Positions 18,943-28,262 of a DNA stretch of 64,000 nt are shown here, one piece after another. The notes under the pieces are model-generated. The model ran no database searches. It saw only the letters and a list, made by a program, of their open reading frames with translations, and was not told the origin of the DNA. Source of the DNA: Pyrodictiaceae archaeon. Lineage in GTDB: Archaea > Thermoproteota > Thermoprotei_A > Sulfolobales > Pyrodictiaceae. The stretch lies in contig JALVSY010000007.1 of the NCBI GenBank assembly GCA_027036135.1, forward strand, positions 548,880-612,879, given 5' to 3'. Numbering within the stretch: position 1 is the stretch's first letter; each line of letters begins with the position of its first letter. The position numbers and the translations under genes were made by a program.

Positions 18943-19530
18943 GTGGCCCTCACGCGTCTAAGGAGGCAGGCATCCCGGGTATTCAACGCAATCGCTGAGC
19001 CGCTGGCGGTGCTTCCAGCTGATTTCTACACAGTACTCGGCTTAGTAGGCGCACTCCTGTTCCTCTACAGTGTGCGCTACGGCGCCCTTGTGGCCTCCTT
19101 CTTCCTAGCGCTCAGTGGGCTACTAGACGCGCTTGATGGAGCGGTTGCTAGGAAGAGGGGCGAGGCAGGGCCCCGTGGAGCCTTTCTAGACAGTATGCTT
19201 GACCGGGTAGCCGATACAGTTTATGCTCTTGGGTTTTACTGGCTAGGCTACCCGGGCGAGGCAGTGATACTCTTCCTCGGCGCGGCGCTGATAACAAGCT
19301 ATGCCCGGGCCCGGTACGAGGCAGCGATAGGAAAGAGCATGGAGGGGATAGGGCTCCTAGAGAGAGCCGATAGGCTAGTAGCTCAGATAATAGTGCTCCT
19401 TGTACAAGCAAGCCTGGGCATGTGGATAGCGAAGGCGCTCTACTGGTTGCTTGTCGTTCTCGCCTGGGCCACGGTGGCGCAGCGCCTAGCCAGGGGCTAT
19501 CGAGCACTGCCAAGAACAATAGGGAACTAG
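18943..19530 (+). CDS. CDP-alcohol phosphatidyltransferase (archaetidylinositol phosphate synthase-like)
   Basis: DALDGAVAR-x-GAFLDSMLDR signature. Confidence 0.9.
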   Translation: MALTRLRRQASRVFNAIAEPLAVLPADFYTVLGLVGALLFLYSVRYGALVASFFLALSGLLDALDGAVARKRGEAGPRGAFLDSMLDRVADTVYALGFYWLGYPGEAVILFLGAALITSYARARYEAAIGKSMEGIGLLERADRLVAQIIVLLVQASLGMWIAKALYWLLVVLAWATVAQRLARGYRALPRTIGN

Positions 19531-19581
19531 TTGCTCCAAGAACGCTAGAAATATCACGGACTAGCCAGTAAGTAGAGTAGT

Positions 19582-19660
19582 GGCCGACGCCCAGGGAGAG
19601 ACCGCCGATGCGGCGCGGCGGGCTGTGACCCTGGGACCGGCTGGAGGCCGCCAGTCCCCA
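19582..19660. other. GC-rich intergenic nested hairpin (possible structured RNA)
   Basis: Nested inverted repeats GCCG/CGGC, CCCAGGG/CCCTGGG and CCGCC/GGCGG. Confidence 0.35.
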
Positions 19661-19825
19661 TTTTCCTAATCTGGCGTTTATGGCATCTTTCTAGCCACAC
19701 TTTACCTTCTAACTGTTTCCTTGTCTGAACTAATCAGATACATGTAGAAACCGTAACAATTTTATTCTTCCCCGCTGGATTACCCATCCCACGACAGTAA
19801 CCCAGGTAAATAAGGGGAGTATAGC

Positions 19826-21682
19826 ATGGATCCACATATTACGGGAAAGATCCCGGGTCTTCTAGCAGCAGCCTTATTGATAGCAGTATTTGCGATGCAT
19901 GTAGCAGCACTTGGTCTAAGTATTCAACCGGTACCAGTGAAGGAGGTACGAGTACTCATAACGATCGACCCCAAGGTATTCAATATCGCTAACATTAACA
20001 GCCTTGGAGGCCAAGTACTATATAGGGCATCAATAGCGCCAGTAATAGTGCTAGAAGTACCAAGCACGATTACGCCTTATCTCGAAAGGATTCCAGGCGT
20101 GCTTCATGTATCCCTTGACGAGCCTGTCCATGTTTATAGTGATACTGTACCCTGGGGAGTCCAGTACATAGGTGCCCCCAATGCCTGGAACATTACTAAG
20201 GGCCAGGCCGATGTCAATGGAGACGGTATAGGCGATGTACAAGTAGCAGTTATAGATACAGGTGTTGACTACAACCACCCCGACCTAGCTAAGAATATTG
20301 CATGGTGTATCTCGACCCTTAACGGTCAAGTGAGCAATGACTGCTACGACGGCAACGGGCACGGAACCCATGTCATAGGGACAATTGCAGCACTCCTTGA
20401 CGGCTCGGGAGTAGTAGGTGTAGCGCCTGAGGTGAAGATATACGCTATTAAGGCATTAGATGATAACGGTCAGGGCTATATAAGCGACATAATAATGGCT
20501 ATAGACCAGGCGATCAAGGGCCCTGACGGAGTCATAGACAAGGATGGTGACGGCAAGGTCGCGGGAGACCCGGATGACGACGCACCAGAGGTTATTAGCA
20601 TGAGTCTTGGGGGGCCAAGCGATGTGCCAGAGCTACACGAGGTCATACAGAAAGCTTACCAGTATGGAATAGTCGTGGTAGCAGCAGCCGGGAACGAGGG
20701 CTCCAGTAGCCCTGACTACCCAGCAGCTTACCCAGAGGTAATAGCAGTAGGAGCAATAGATAGTAACGAGCAAGTACCTGACTGGAGTAACAGGAATCCG
20801 GAGGTAGCTGCTCCAGGCGTAGATGTTCTAAGCACATGGCCCGGCGGAGGCTACAAGACACTCAGCGGCACAAGCATGGCGACACCTCATGTATCGGCGA
20901 CGGTTGCGCTGATACAGGCAGCGAGGCTATCCCACGGGCTCCCAATACTACCGCCCGGCACAGAGGATGATATGACGAACACAACGGTAAGGGGAATACT
21001 CCATCTTACAGCGAAGAACCTGGGAGCAGCTGGTTACGATAGCCTCTATGGCTACGGAGCAGTACAGGCAGATAAGGCTGTCGAGATGGCGATAGGGGCT
21101 AGCAGCGGCGGCAACGAGGGAGGAGGCAGTGGTGGCGAGACCCCGCAGCCACCCTCGCAGCCAAGCCAGCCCTCACAAGCACAGCTACTAAGCAATCCAG
21201 GCTTTGACACTAGTGCCGATAACTGGAGCTTCTATCCAGGAGACTACATAGACAAGGCCACGTGGCTAGAGAGCTTCAATGGCGCAAACGGTGTCGTAGA
21301 GATATATGGCACGCTGCCAGAATGGGCCTTCAGTGTCTCCGACTACGCGTTCCTGGGACAGACAGTGACGTTCCCGAGTAGCCTATCCAGCGGCGAGATA
21401 GAGATAAAGTACTACGCCGAGTCAAACAGTGCCTCGATGACCGTGGTCGCTGGCATATATGATACGAGTAGCAATAGCTGGGTATGGTACGATACAGTTG
21501 ACGCTACCCAGGGCTCATGGCAGACAATAACAATCAATATACCGAGCGATGTACTATCAAGCATCGGTGGCAAGACATACCTCTTCGTAGTCGGTGTTGG
21601 GGCTAGCGACTATACGCTGTGGTGGAGCAGTAGCGTGTACTTCTACCTAGACCATGTATACCTAACAGTATCAAGCAGCTAG
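19826..21682 (+). CDS. Secreted S8 subtilisin-like protease with a C-terminal beta-sandwich domain
   Basis: Signal peptide, propeptide, DTG/HGTHV/GTSMATP triad, Tk-subtilisin-like Ca loop DKDGDG, G/P/S/Q linker. Confidence 0.93.
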   Translation: MDPHITGKIPGLLAAALLIAVFAMHVAALGLSIQPVPVKEVRVLITIDPKVFNIANINSLGGQVLYRASIAPVIVLEVPSTITPYLERIPGVLHVSLDEPVHVYSDTVPWGVQYIGAPNAWNITKGQADVNGDGIGDVQVAVIDTGVDYNHPDLAKNIAWCISTLNGQVSNDCYDGNGHGTHVIGTIAALLDGSGVVGVAPEVKIYAIKALDDNGQGYISDIIMAIDQAIKGPDGVIDKDGDGKVAGDPDDDAPEVISMSLGGPSDVPELHEVIQKAYQYGIVVVAAAGNEGSSSPDYPAAYPEVIAVGAIDSNEQVPDWSNRNPEVAAPGVDVLSTWPGGGYKTLSGTSMATPHVSATVALIQAARLSHGLPILPPGTEDDMTNTTVRGILHLTAKNLGAAGYDSLYGYGAVQADKAVEMAIGASSGGNEGGGSGGETPQPPSQPSQPSQAQLLSNPGFDTSADNWSFYPGDYIDKATWLESFNGANGVVEIYGTLPEWAFSVSDYAFLGQTVTFPSSLSSGEIEIKYYAESNSASMTVVAGIYDTSSNSWVWYDTVDATQGSWQTITINIPSDVLSSIGGKTYLFVVGVGASDYTLWWSSSVYFYLDHVYLTVSSS

Positions 21683-21865
21683 CAGTAATCCAGTCCACCA
21701 TCCCTAGGTCAAATATTTTTACCAGAAACATGTCGATGACTCGATACTCTTTTTATCGCTAGTCCTCATCTAGTTCCTTCTCAAAGTGCAAGGAAACAAG
21801 GTAGAACAAATATGTATCGAGGTCCACTAGGTATCCTTATTTCGGGAAAATAGGGGTAGAGTGAA

Positions 21866-22867
21866 TCATGCGCTTGACTCCTTTATTGGCTTCTCTGTCG
21901 CGGGTTTGCCCTCGTGTAACCAGCACGCAGCGTAGTGGCCGGGGCCTACCTCGAAATATGGTGGCTGCTCCTTGCGGCACTTGTCCATGACGTGTGGGCA
22001 CCTTGGGTGGAATCTGCACCCTGGTGGCGGGGCTCTTAGGTCTGGCGGCTGCCCAGGTATATAGTTGAGCTTCATTCTTGGGGCTCTTAGCCTCGGTATT
22101 GCCTTGAGTAGCTCCTGTGTGTACGGGTGCTGTGGGTGGTTGTATACTTCCTCGCTTGGGCCGTACTCTACTATTTTCCCCGCATACATTATTGCTACCT
22201 TGTCTGCTAGCTCTGCTATAACGCTTAGGTCGTGGCTTATAAGTATGATGCTCATGTTTAGCTTGTTCTTCAGCTCCTTGAGCAGGTTTAGTATCTGTGC
22301 CTGTATAATCGTGTCGAGCGCAGTGGTCGGCTCATCGGCTATCACTATCGGGGGCTCGAGTATAAGCGCCATCGCTATTACTACGCGCTGCTTCTGGCCA
22401 CCACTCAGCTCGTGGGGATACCTATTAGCTATGTCCTCGCTCAGCCCTACCATGTTGAGGGCCTCTACTACACGCTTGTAGGCCTCTTGCCTACTGTAGC
22501 CCTTGTGTATTATTAGTGGCTCTGCTATCTGCTCCCAGACCTTGTAGACAGGATTAAGCGCGTTCATGGCGCCCTGGAAAACCATGCTTATCTTTTGCCA
22601 GCGTACCCTTCTCCTAACCTCTGCCTCGCTCATACTTGTTATGTCCTCGCCATCGATTATTATCCTTCCCTTAGTTATCCTGCCTGGTGGTGGAACAAGC
22701 TTCAAGAGGGACCAAGCGAGCGTTGATTTGCCGCAGCCGCTCTCGCCTGCTATGCCTAGTACCTCGCCGCGCTCCAGGCTGAAGCTCACGTCCTCAACAG
22801 CTCTCACTATGCCTCGTAGAGTATAGTAGTAGACGTGGAGATTGTGAACCTCGAGTACAGGTGGCAA
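21866..22867 (-). CDS. Oligopeptide/dipeptide ABC transporter ATP-binding subunit (OppD/DppD-like)
   Basis: GESGCGKST, LSGGQKQR, DEPTTALD and GCRFHPRC motifs. Confidence 0.93.
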   Translation of the reverse strand: MPPVLEVHNLHVYYYTLRGIVRAVEDVSFSLERGEVLGIAGESGCGKSTLAWSLLKLVPPPGRITKGRIIIDGEDITSMSEAEVRRRVRWQKISMVFQGAMNALNPVYKVWEQIAEPLIIHKGYSRQEAYKRVVEALNMVGLSEDIANRYPHELSGGQKQRVVIAMALILEPPIVIADEPTTALDTIIQAQILNLLKELKNKLNMSIILISHDLSVIAELADKVAIMYAGKIVEYGPSEEVYNHPQHPYTQELLKAIPRLRAPRMKLNYIPGQPPDLRAPPPGCRFHPRCPHVMDKCRKEQPPYFEVGPGHYAACWLHEGKPATEKPIKESSA

Positions 22868-22981
22868 GGCCCGGTTGCACCACCATTGCGGCTAGAAGGC
22901 TTCTCCAGCTACTGCTTCACGCGCAGAGGAAGCTTTAAGGTTCCCTCCGGCTTGGCCGAGACCTAGTACTGGGCCAATAAG

Positions 22982-24019
22982 GTGTTGAACAAGGCTCTGA
23001 GCAAGCAAGCGCTGAAGATAATATTGTTGTTCGGAGTGGTTAGCCTCCTAGCTGATGCCAGTTATGAGGGATTCCGCAGCATACTGGCGCCCCTCATAAA
23101 GACTAGCTATGAGCTGGGAGCAGTCGTTGGGATAGGGGAGTTCATTGCATGGGGTCTCCGCCCACTGACTGGGATATTGGCGGATGTAACTGCTAGCTAC
23201 TGGGCCCTGACAATAACCGGGTACAGTCTAGTCCCCGTAGGCATCCTTGTAGCTGTCCAGGGCTGGCCATGGCTAGCAATAGGCTATAGCATTGAGAGAT
23301 TCGGTAAGGCTCTCCGAACACCTGCACGAGACACCCTCATATCAAGCATAGCTGGTAAGAGGAGAGGCCTCGCCTTCGGGCTACACGAGCTACTAGACCA
23401 GGCGGGAGCAGTTCTCGGCCCAGTGATAGCAGCCCTTGGGCTAGCGGGGCTCTACGGCTTATGGGTGCTAGCGGTCCCCGGGGCCCTAGCAGTCCTCGTC
23501 CTAATATACCTCGCAGGGGTTTACCCTGGCTCGGAAGTGCCGCGCCGCTATCACTGGTCACTGAGAGAATCTTTCCGAGGAGGCCTTGGCGCAGCCTTCT
23601 ACGTGCTCGTAGCTGGGACGATAACGGCTAACCCAATAGCAGTGCAGGCTGTGGTTAAGACTCTCTCCCACCTAGGCGAGGAGCAACTAGTCCTCCTCTA
23701 CTCTGTCGCGATGCTGAGCGACGCAGTAGCAGCCCTACCCCTAGGAGCGCTATATGACCGGGACCCACGCTTAGCACAGGTAGTTCCCCCGGTGTTCGGG
23801 GCCCTAGCCGGTGCTGCAGCTCTAGCCCTTGGCCACAGCCTCGTCGGCGCCGTGCTTGCTTCCCTGCTGAGTGGCGTGGCTATAGCGGGCTACGAGACCG
23901 TAGCACGGGCAATGGTCAAGGGCGGTGCCACGGGCTACGGTGTCTTCGGGGTCTCGTATGGCGCGGCCTCAGCTGCATCTATAATCCTTTACGGGTTCCT
24001 GGCCCGCTTAGCCGCCTAG
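22982..24019 (+). CDS. MFS transporter
   Basis: Multiple TM helices; ERFGKALRTPARD and GLAFGLHELLDQAGAVLGP motifs. Confidence 0.85.
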   Translation: MLNKALSKQALKIILLFGVVSLLADASYEGFRSILAPLIKTSYELGAVVGIGEFIAWGLRPLTGILADVTASYWALTITGYSLVPVGILVAVQGWPWLAIGYSIERFGKALRTPARDTLISSIAGKRRGLAFGLHELLDQAGAVLGPVIAALGLAGLYGLWVLAVPGALAVLVLIYLAGVYPGSEVPRRYHWSLRESFRGGLGAAFYVLVAGTITANPIAVQAVVKTLSHLGEEQLVLLYSVAMLSDAVAALPLGALYDRDPRLAQVVPPVFGALAGAAALALGHSLVGAVLASLLSGVAIAGYETVARAMVKGGATGYGVFGVSYGAASAASIILYGFLARLAA

Positions 24020-24101
24020 CTATATACGTGTTTCATTGCTCCCTCCCAGGGCTCTCCCCATAAGGTAATACCGTGGAGGTATTCTTTGTTGGGAGCTTCT
24101 T

Positions 24102-25454
24102 GTGCCACGACTAGCCGGTGACTGGTTCATAGACATGTTTACGAGCGAGGCCGAGAAACTCATCGACCTGATCCGTGAGAGAAAGGAGCCCAGGATACAG
24201 GTAAGCATCCCTACTCATTGGTGGATAAGTGGGCTATCGAGCAGCTCCTATGATAGAACAGTGGCGGCTGTGGATGGCGGTGGTGGGGTACAGCCCCTGG
24301 CCTTTGGCTGGAGTATATACGTCGCGAGAGCCTATGGGTACGTGGAGGGAGCGGAGCCCGAGAGGGGGCTTGAGCTACGCCTCTTCCCGGTAAGGGATAC
24401 CCGTGTCCTAGACGCGCTACGGACGTGGCTAGAGTACCGCGTCGCGACCTCTCTTGCCTCGAGGCTCAGCAACGCAGTAGTACTCATGGATGGGAGCCTC
24501 TGGGTCGGGATAAGCCTCGCCCTAGGCTCGCTAGCAAAGCTAGCCTCGGGCAACGTTGACAGCGTCGCCGCCGTCTATACTGCTCTTTTCAGCGCCTACA
24601 GCTTATCAGAGCTAGTAAGACTCGTAGAAACTGCCCATAGCCGGGGAGTACTAGTAGCGTTCGTATCCAAGGACCATGGGTTCAGAGCATACAAGGAGAA
24701 GGTCCTACTGGGCCTAGTGGCTGAGAAAACACCCGCGCTACGCGACCTCATAGACCGGGCGCTTGAGTGGTACCCGCTGGCTCTCCGAGACCAGCTAATA
24801 ACAGCCCGTAGACTAGTACCCCCCGAGCTAAGACCACTCTACGACGCTGCTCTAGACCCTAGTTACCGGGATCCCCTCTTCCTAGCAGATAGCATTGGTA
24901 CGGCGAGCCAGGGATACACATGGGTACTCAATATGCCCCCGAGTAGGCGCATGGGCCGCATACTCTCGCGTGGTGTCTCGCTGAGAACCCTCGTGGAGAA
25001 AGCAGTGGCCAAGGCAGAGACGCTGCTAGGGGAGGAGCCCGAGGTCGAGGAGCTAAGAGCCCTCGGGGCTAGGCTCCCCGCGGAGCTTGACCGCTTGCCA
25101 CGCGTCCGCCTCTTCTACACCAGGCTCGGGTCAGGGGACTACCCCCTACTAGTGGAGGTGCCGGGGAGCCTCGGCGATTATTACTCGCGTGGAAGACTCC
25201 TAGAGGAGCCGAGCACTGAGACAGAGCAACTAGTAGCGATACTAGCAAGGCACTACGCTGGCCCAGAGTACTACAACATCCCACTAGTAGCGGCCCACAT
25301 TAACGCAACGTTTACCGGGATGCAGCTAGACCAGTACATGGCCCTACTAGAGCAACTAGCCAATGCCCGGGGAGTCCCGCTGCGATTCGCGCGGAGGAGG
25401 GCGATGTGGGGGGCTTTGCGCAGGAAGAAGAGGAGAAGAACCGTGGGCTGGTAA
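24102..25454 (+). CDS. NurA-family nuclease (second paralog)
   Basis: AAVDGG, LMDGSL, VSKD and YNIPLVAAH motifs. Confidence 0.75.
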   Translation: MPRLAGDWFIDMFTSEAEKLIDLIRERKEPRIQVSIPTHWWISGLSSSSYDRTVAAVDGGGGVQPLAFGWSIYVARAYGYVEGAEPERGLELRLFPVRDTRVLDALRTWLEYRVATSLASRLSNAVVLMDGSLWVGISLALGSLAKLASGNVDSVAAVYTALFSAYSLSELVRLVETAHSRGVLVAFVSKDHGFRAYKEKVLLGLVAEKTPALRDLIDRALEWYPLALRDQLITARRLVPPELRPLYDAALDPSYRDPLFLADSIGTASQGYTWVLNMPPSRRMGRILSRGVSLRTLVEKAVAKAETLLGEEPEVEELRALGARLPAELDRLPRVRLFYTRLGSGDYPLLVEVPGSLGDYYSRGRLLEEPSTETEQLVAILARHYAGPEYYNIPLVAAHINATFTGMQLDQYMALLEQLANARGVPLRFARRRAMWGALRRKKRRRTVGW

Positions 25455-25512
25455 GGGAGAGACGAGCTTAAAGTCTTGTAACACTGTATCTTTGTAACTG
25501 GGTTACAAGGGG

Positions 25513-25803
25513 ATGTACTCGGAAGTTGTACGGGTGAGCCGCGAGGCCAAGAGGGAGCTGGAGAGGCTACAGGCCCGCCTAGTCATAGAGGCGGGTCGCA
25601 AGTACTCCCTACAAGAATTAGTTGATGCTGCTATACGTGTAGCGCTGCGTAGACAGGAGGAGCTTCTCGAAGAGCTCGGTGAGTGGCGCCCCCTCAGCAG
25701 AGAGGAGGCCGAGAAGCTACTAGACATGTATAGTATTGATGTGGATGTAGAGGACGTCGAGAAGGATATGAAAGAGGTGCTATACCCTGAGCATACTGGT
25801 TGA
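25513..25803 (+). CDS. VapB-type antitoxin
   Basis: RHH-like N-terminus; overlaps the PIN gene. Confidence 0.7.
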   Translation: MYSEVVRVSREAKRELERLQARLVIEAGRKYSLQELVDAAIRVALRRQEELLEELGEWRPLSREEAEKLLDMYSIDVDVEDVEKDMKEVLYPEHTG

Positions 25804-26197
25804 CAGCGGAGTCATCCTCGCAGCCTTTATCCGTAAGGAGAAGAGGCATCACTGGGCCCGTCGCCTCCTAGTCTCTGTCCTCGAAGGCGTGTACGGCTCT
25901 CCCTTCGTCACGGACTATATCGTGGACGAGGTTCTCAGCTATGCGAGTGCCAGGCTCGGGAGAGAGCCCTCCATAAAGCTACTAGACTTCTTGGTCAAGA
26001 AGGGCTTGTTCAGAATAATCCCAATAACCCTTGACCTATTTACCCGCGCGGTAAGGGTCTTCGAGGAGAATGCCCCCGTGCTCAGCTTCACTGATGCAGC
26101 CTCGCTCGTAGCGGCGAGGACCTACGGCATAGACTATATAGCTACGCTTGACGAGGCACTGGCCCGGCACTACCCGAGCATATCCCCTAATGAATAG
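25787..26197 (+). CDS. PIN-domain (VapC) toxin, probable CTG start
   Basis: Frame extends upstream of 25889 to ILVDSGV; LSFTDAAS and ATLD motifs; GAGGTG 7 nt before CTG 25787. Confidence 0.78.
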   Translation: MSILVDSGVILAAFIRKEKRHHWARRLLVSVLEGVYGSPFVTDYIVDEVLSYASARLGREPSIKLLDFLVKKGLFRIIPITLDLFTRAVRVFEENAPVLSFTDAASLVAARTYGIDYIATLDEALARHYPSISPNE

Positions 26198-26253
26198 ACG
26201 GTGCTAGACTTAGACCCCTCTCCTTCCCCTTCCTAGCTACTGGGTTAGGCGGG

Positions 26254-28242
26254 TTGGCTGAGTCCGCGAGACCTATACCCCTCCTTATACCCCTAGAGGC
26301 CCGTGCGATCGGGGCCCGTGTACCCCGTACAGGGGCTAGGTGGCAGGGAGGGCTCCTAGTAGAGGTTGAGAAGCGCCGAGTACTCCTACTCATGCCCGGT
26401 AGTATTGCTAGGTGGATTCAGCGAGGCGAGCGCCTCAAGCTAGTCTTCCGGGAGGAGCCGGAGCGGGTCGATGGAGGAGTCTATGTTGCTCCAAGGGATA
26501 CCTATGAGCTGTGGCGTTTCTGGCCCGGGGAGAACGGTGTAGAGGAGGTAAAGGTCTGGCCCCCGTGGAGAAGGGAGGCTAGGCTTAGCAGGGAGAGCAT
26601 TGTCGGCGAGAAGGTGTACGAGTACCACGTCGTGGCGCGGGAGGCGGTGACCGAGGACGATTACAAGGAGATCGTGGGCCTAGAGCAATATCACTATGCC
26701 AGCAAGGAGGAGATAGTAGCTATTTGGCGATGCCCTGTCTGCGGCGCCTACGCGGAGTCCAATATACAGCCCATCTGCCCCAGGGACAAGGTGCCGATGA
26801 AGCTCCAGGAGATACGCGGGAGCCTCCCCTCGAGCAGGTTCCTCGTACTAGAGCTAGTCACTAGGGAGCCCTATGAGCCGAGAATAGTGGCCTACGTTAG
26901 GGTCGATACACCGATACCATTGATGCATCGCAGGATAAGGCTCCCGAGCGGCGAGGAACGAGTCGAGAGAATGATAAGGGAGAAGGTGTTCCCCCGGGAC
27001 TGGTTCCACCCAACCTTCTGGCCACTAGCCTTCTCGAGGAGAGCGGAGATCCGTAAAAGGTTCCGCGAGCTAGCAGACCTTTACGGCTCCAAGAGAATAG
27101 CTAGGGCAGCGGTGGGCGAGGAGATAGCTGACGAGGCCCTCCGCTACGCCAACACAGCGGCGGCACGCATAGCAAGGGTCGTGGTGCACCCCGACTACCG
27201 GGGCGACGGCCTGGGAGTCCTCGCCGTAAAGATGGCTGTTGAGTGGATAGCCGAGCGCAGAATACCCGAGATGAAGAAGAGGAAACACGTTGTCGAGACT
27301 ATTGCCCAGATGGCTCGCTATAACCCGTTCTTCGAGAAAGCAGGCTTCTACTACATGTGGGACACTGCTAGTGGTAGACCCGTCCTCATGTACTCCTTGA
27401 CCCAGGAGGCCCGGGAGAGAATCGAGAAGTTCCTACGCGAAGACCCCTACGCGAGGCTCCACGGAGGCCGCTTGTTTAGGCCGAGGTACCGTGTAGAAGA
27501 GAAGCTGAACGGCTCCATAGAGCTGGTAAAGGTTACTAAGATCTATAGGAGCGAGCTAGACGTCTCTAGGCTCCCACCAGAGCTACAGGACGTGCTGAGA
27601 GCCTTTGGCGCAGAGAGGAGGCTTGTTGAGAGATACGTGCTACGAGACGTCTCGCTCAGCATAGAGCCAGGCGAGGTAGTAGCCGTGGTCGGTGCGAGCG
27701 GGGCTGGGAAGACAACCTTCCTCAGAATGATAATAGGCGCAGCCCTAGGCCTAGGCGACGAGAAGTATAAGCCGAGTAGCGGAGAGGTAAGGGTACCAAG
27801 CAACGCGAGGCTAGCCGCTCTCCTACCCGGCGAGATGGAGCCAGTGTTCCGGGACGAGACCCTCCTAGAACACGTAGCCAAGAAGCTGGGAGACGCCGCG
27901 GCGGCAGTAGAGGTGTTGTCAGCAGTGGGGCTGAGCGATGCGATATTCTATCGCGCTAGGTTCGATGAGTTATCCACGGGGCAGAAGGAGAGAGCAAAGC
28001 TAGCAAGCCTCCTAGCCGAGAAGCCAAACCTGCTAGTAATCGATGAGTTCACCGCCCACCTGGACAGGCTAACTGCTCAGCGGGTGGCGAGGAAGCTCGG
28101 GACGCTCGCCCGGAGAAACGGTATAACACTGATAGTCTCGACGAATAGGCCGGAGATACTGAGGGCATTAGCACCTGACAAGACTGTATTAGTGGGCTAT
28201 GGCACAGCCACGGTGATAGAGACCCGGGAGAAGAACAAGTAA
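26254..28242 (+). CDS. GNAT acetyltransferase fused to an ABC-type ATPase (COG2401-like)
   Basis: CPVC Zn ribbon, VHPDYRGDGLG acetyl-CoA motif, GASGAGKT, LSTGQKER and IDEF motifs. Confidence 0.85.
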   Translation: MAESARPIPLLIPLEARAIGARVPRTGARWQGGLLVEVEKRRVLLLMPGSIARWIQRGERLKLVFREEPERVDGGVYVAPRDTYELWRFWPGENGVEEVKVWPPWRREARLSRESIVGEKVYEYHVVAREAVTEDDYKEIVGLEQYHYASKEEIVAIWRCPVCGAYAESNIQPICPRDKVPMKLQEIRGSLPSSRFLVLELVTREPYEPRIVAYVRVDTPIPLMHRRIRLPSGEERVERMIREKVFPRDWFHPTFWPLAFSRRAEIRKRFRELADLYGSKRIARAAVGEEIADEALRYANTAAARIARVVVHPDYRGDGLGVLAVKMAVEWIAERRIPEMKKRKHVVETIAQMARYNPFFEKAGFYYMWDTASGRPVLMYSLTQEARERIEKFLREDPYARLHGGRLFRPRYRVEEKLNGSIELVKVTKIYRSELDVSRLPPELQDVLRAFGAERRLVERYVLRDVSLSIEPGEVVAVVGASGAGKTTFLRMIIGAALGLGDEKYKPSSGEVRVPSNARLAALLPGEMEPVFRDETLLEHVAKKLGDAAAAVEVLSAVGLSDAIFYRARFDELSTGQKERAKLASLLAEKPNLLVIDEFTAHLDRLTAQRVARKLGTLARRNGITLIVSTNRPEILRALAPDKTVLVGYGTATVIETREKNK

Positions 28243-28262
28243 CGGGGAGGGAGCAAAGGAGG

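Noticed and set aside
19826-24019. Subtilisin, OppD and MFS as maturation/export genes of the RiPP
   Set aside because: They lie 9-13 kb away with host-like composition and unrelated genes in between.
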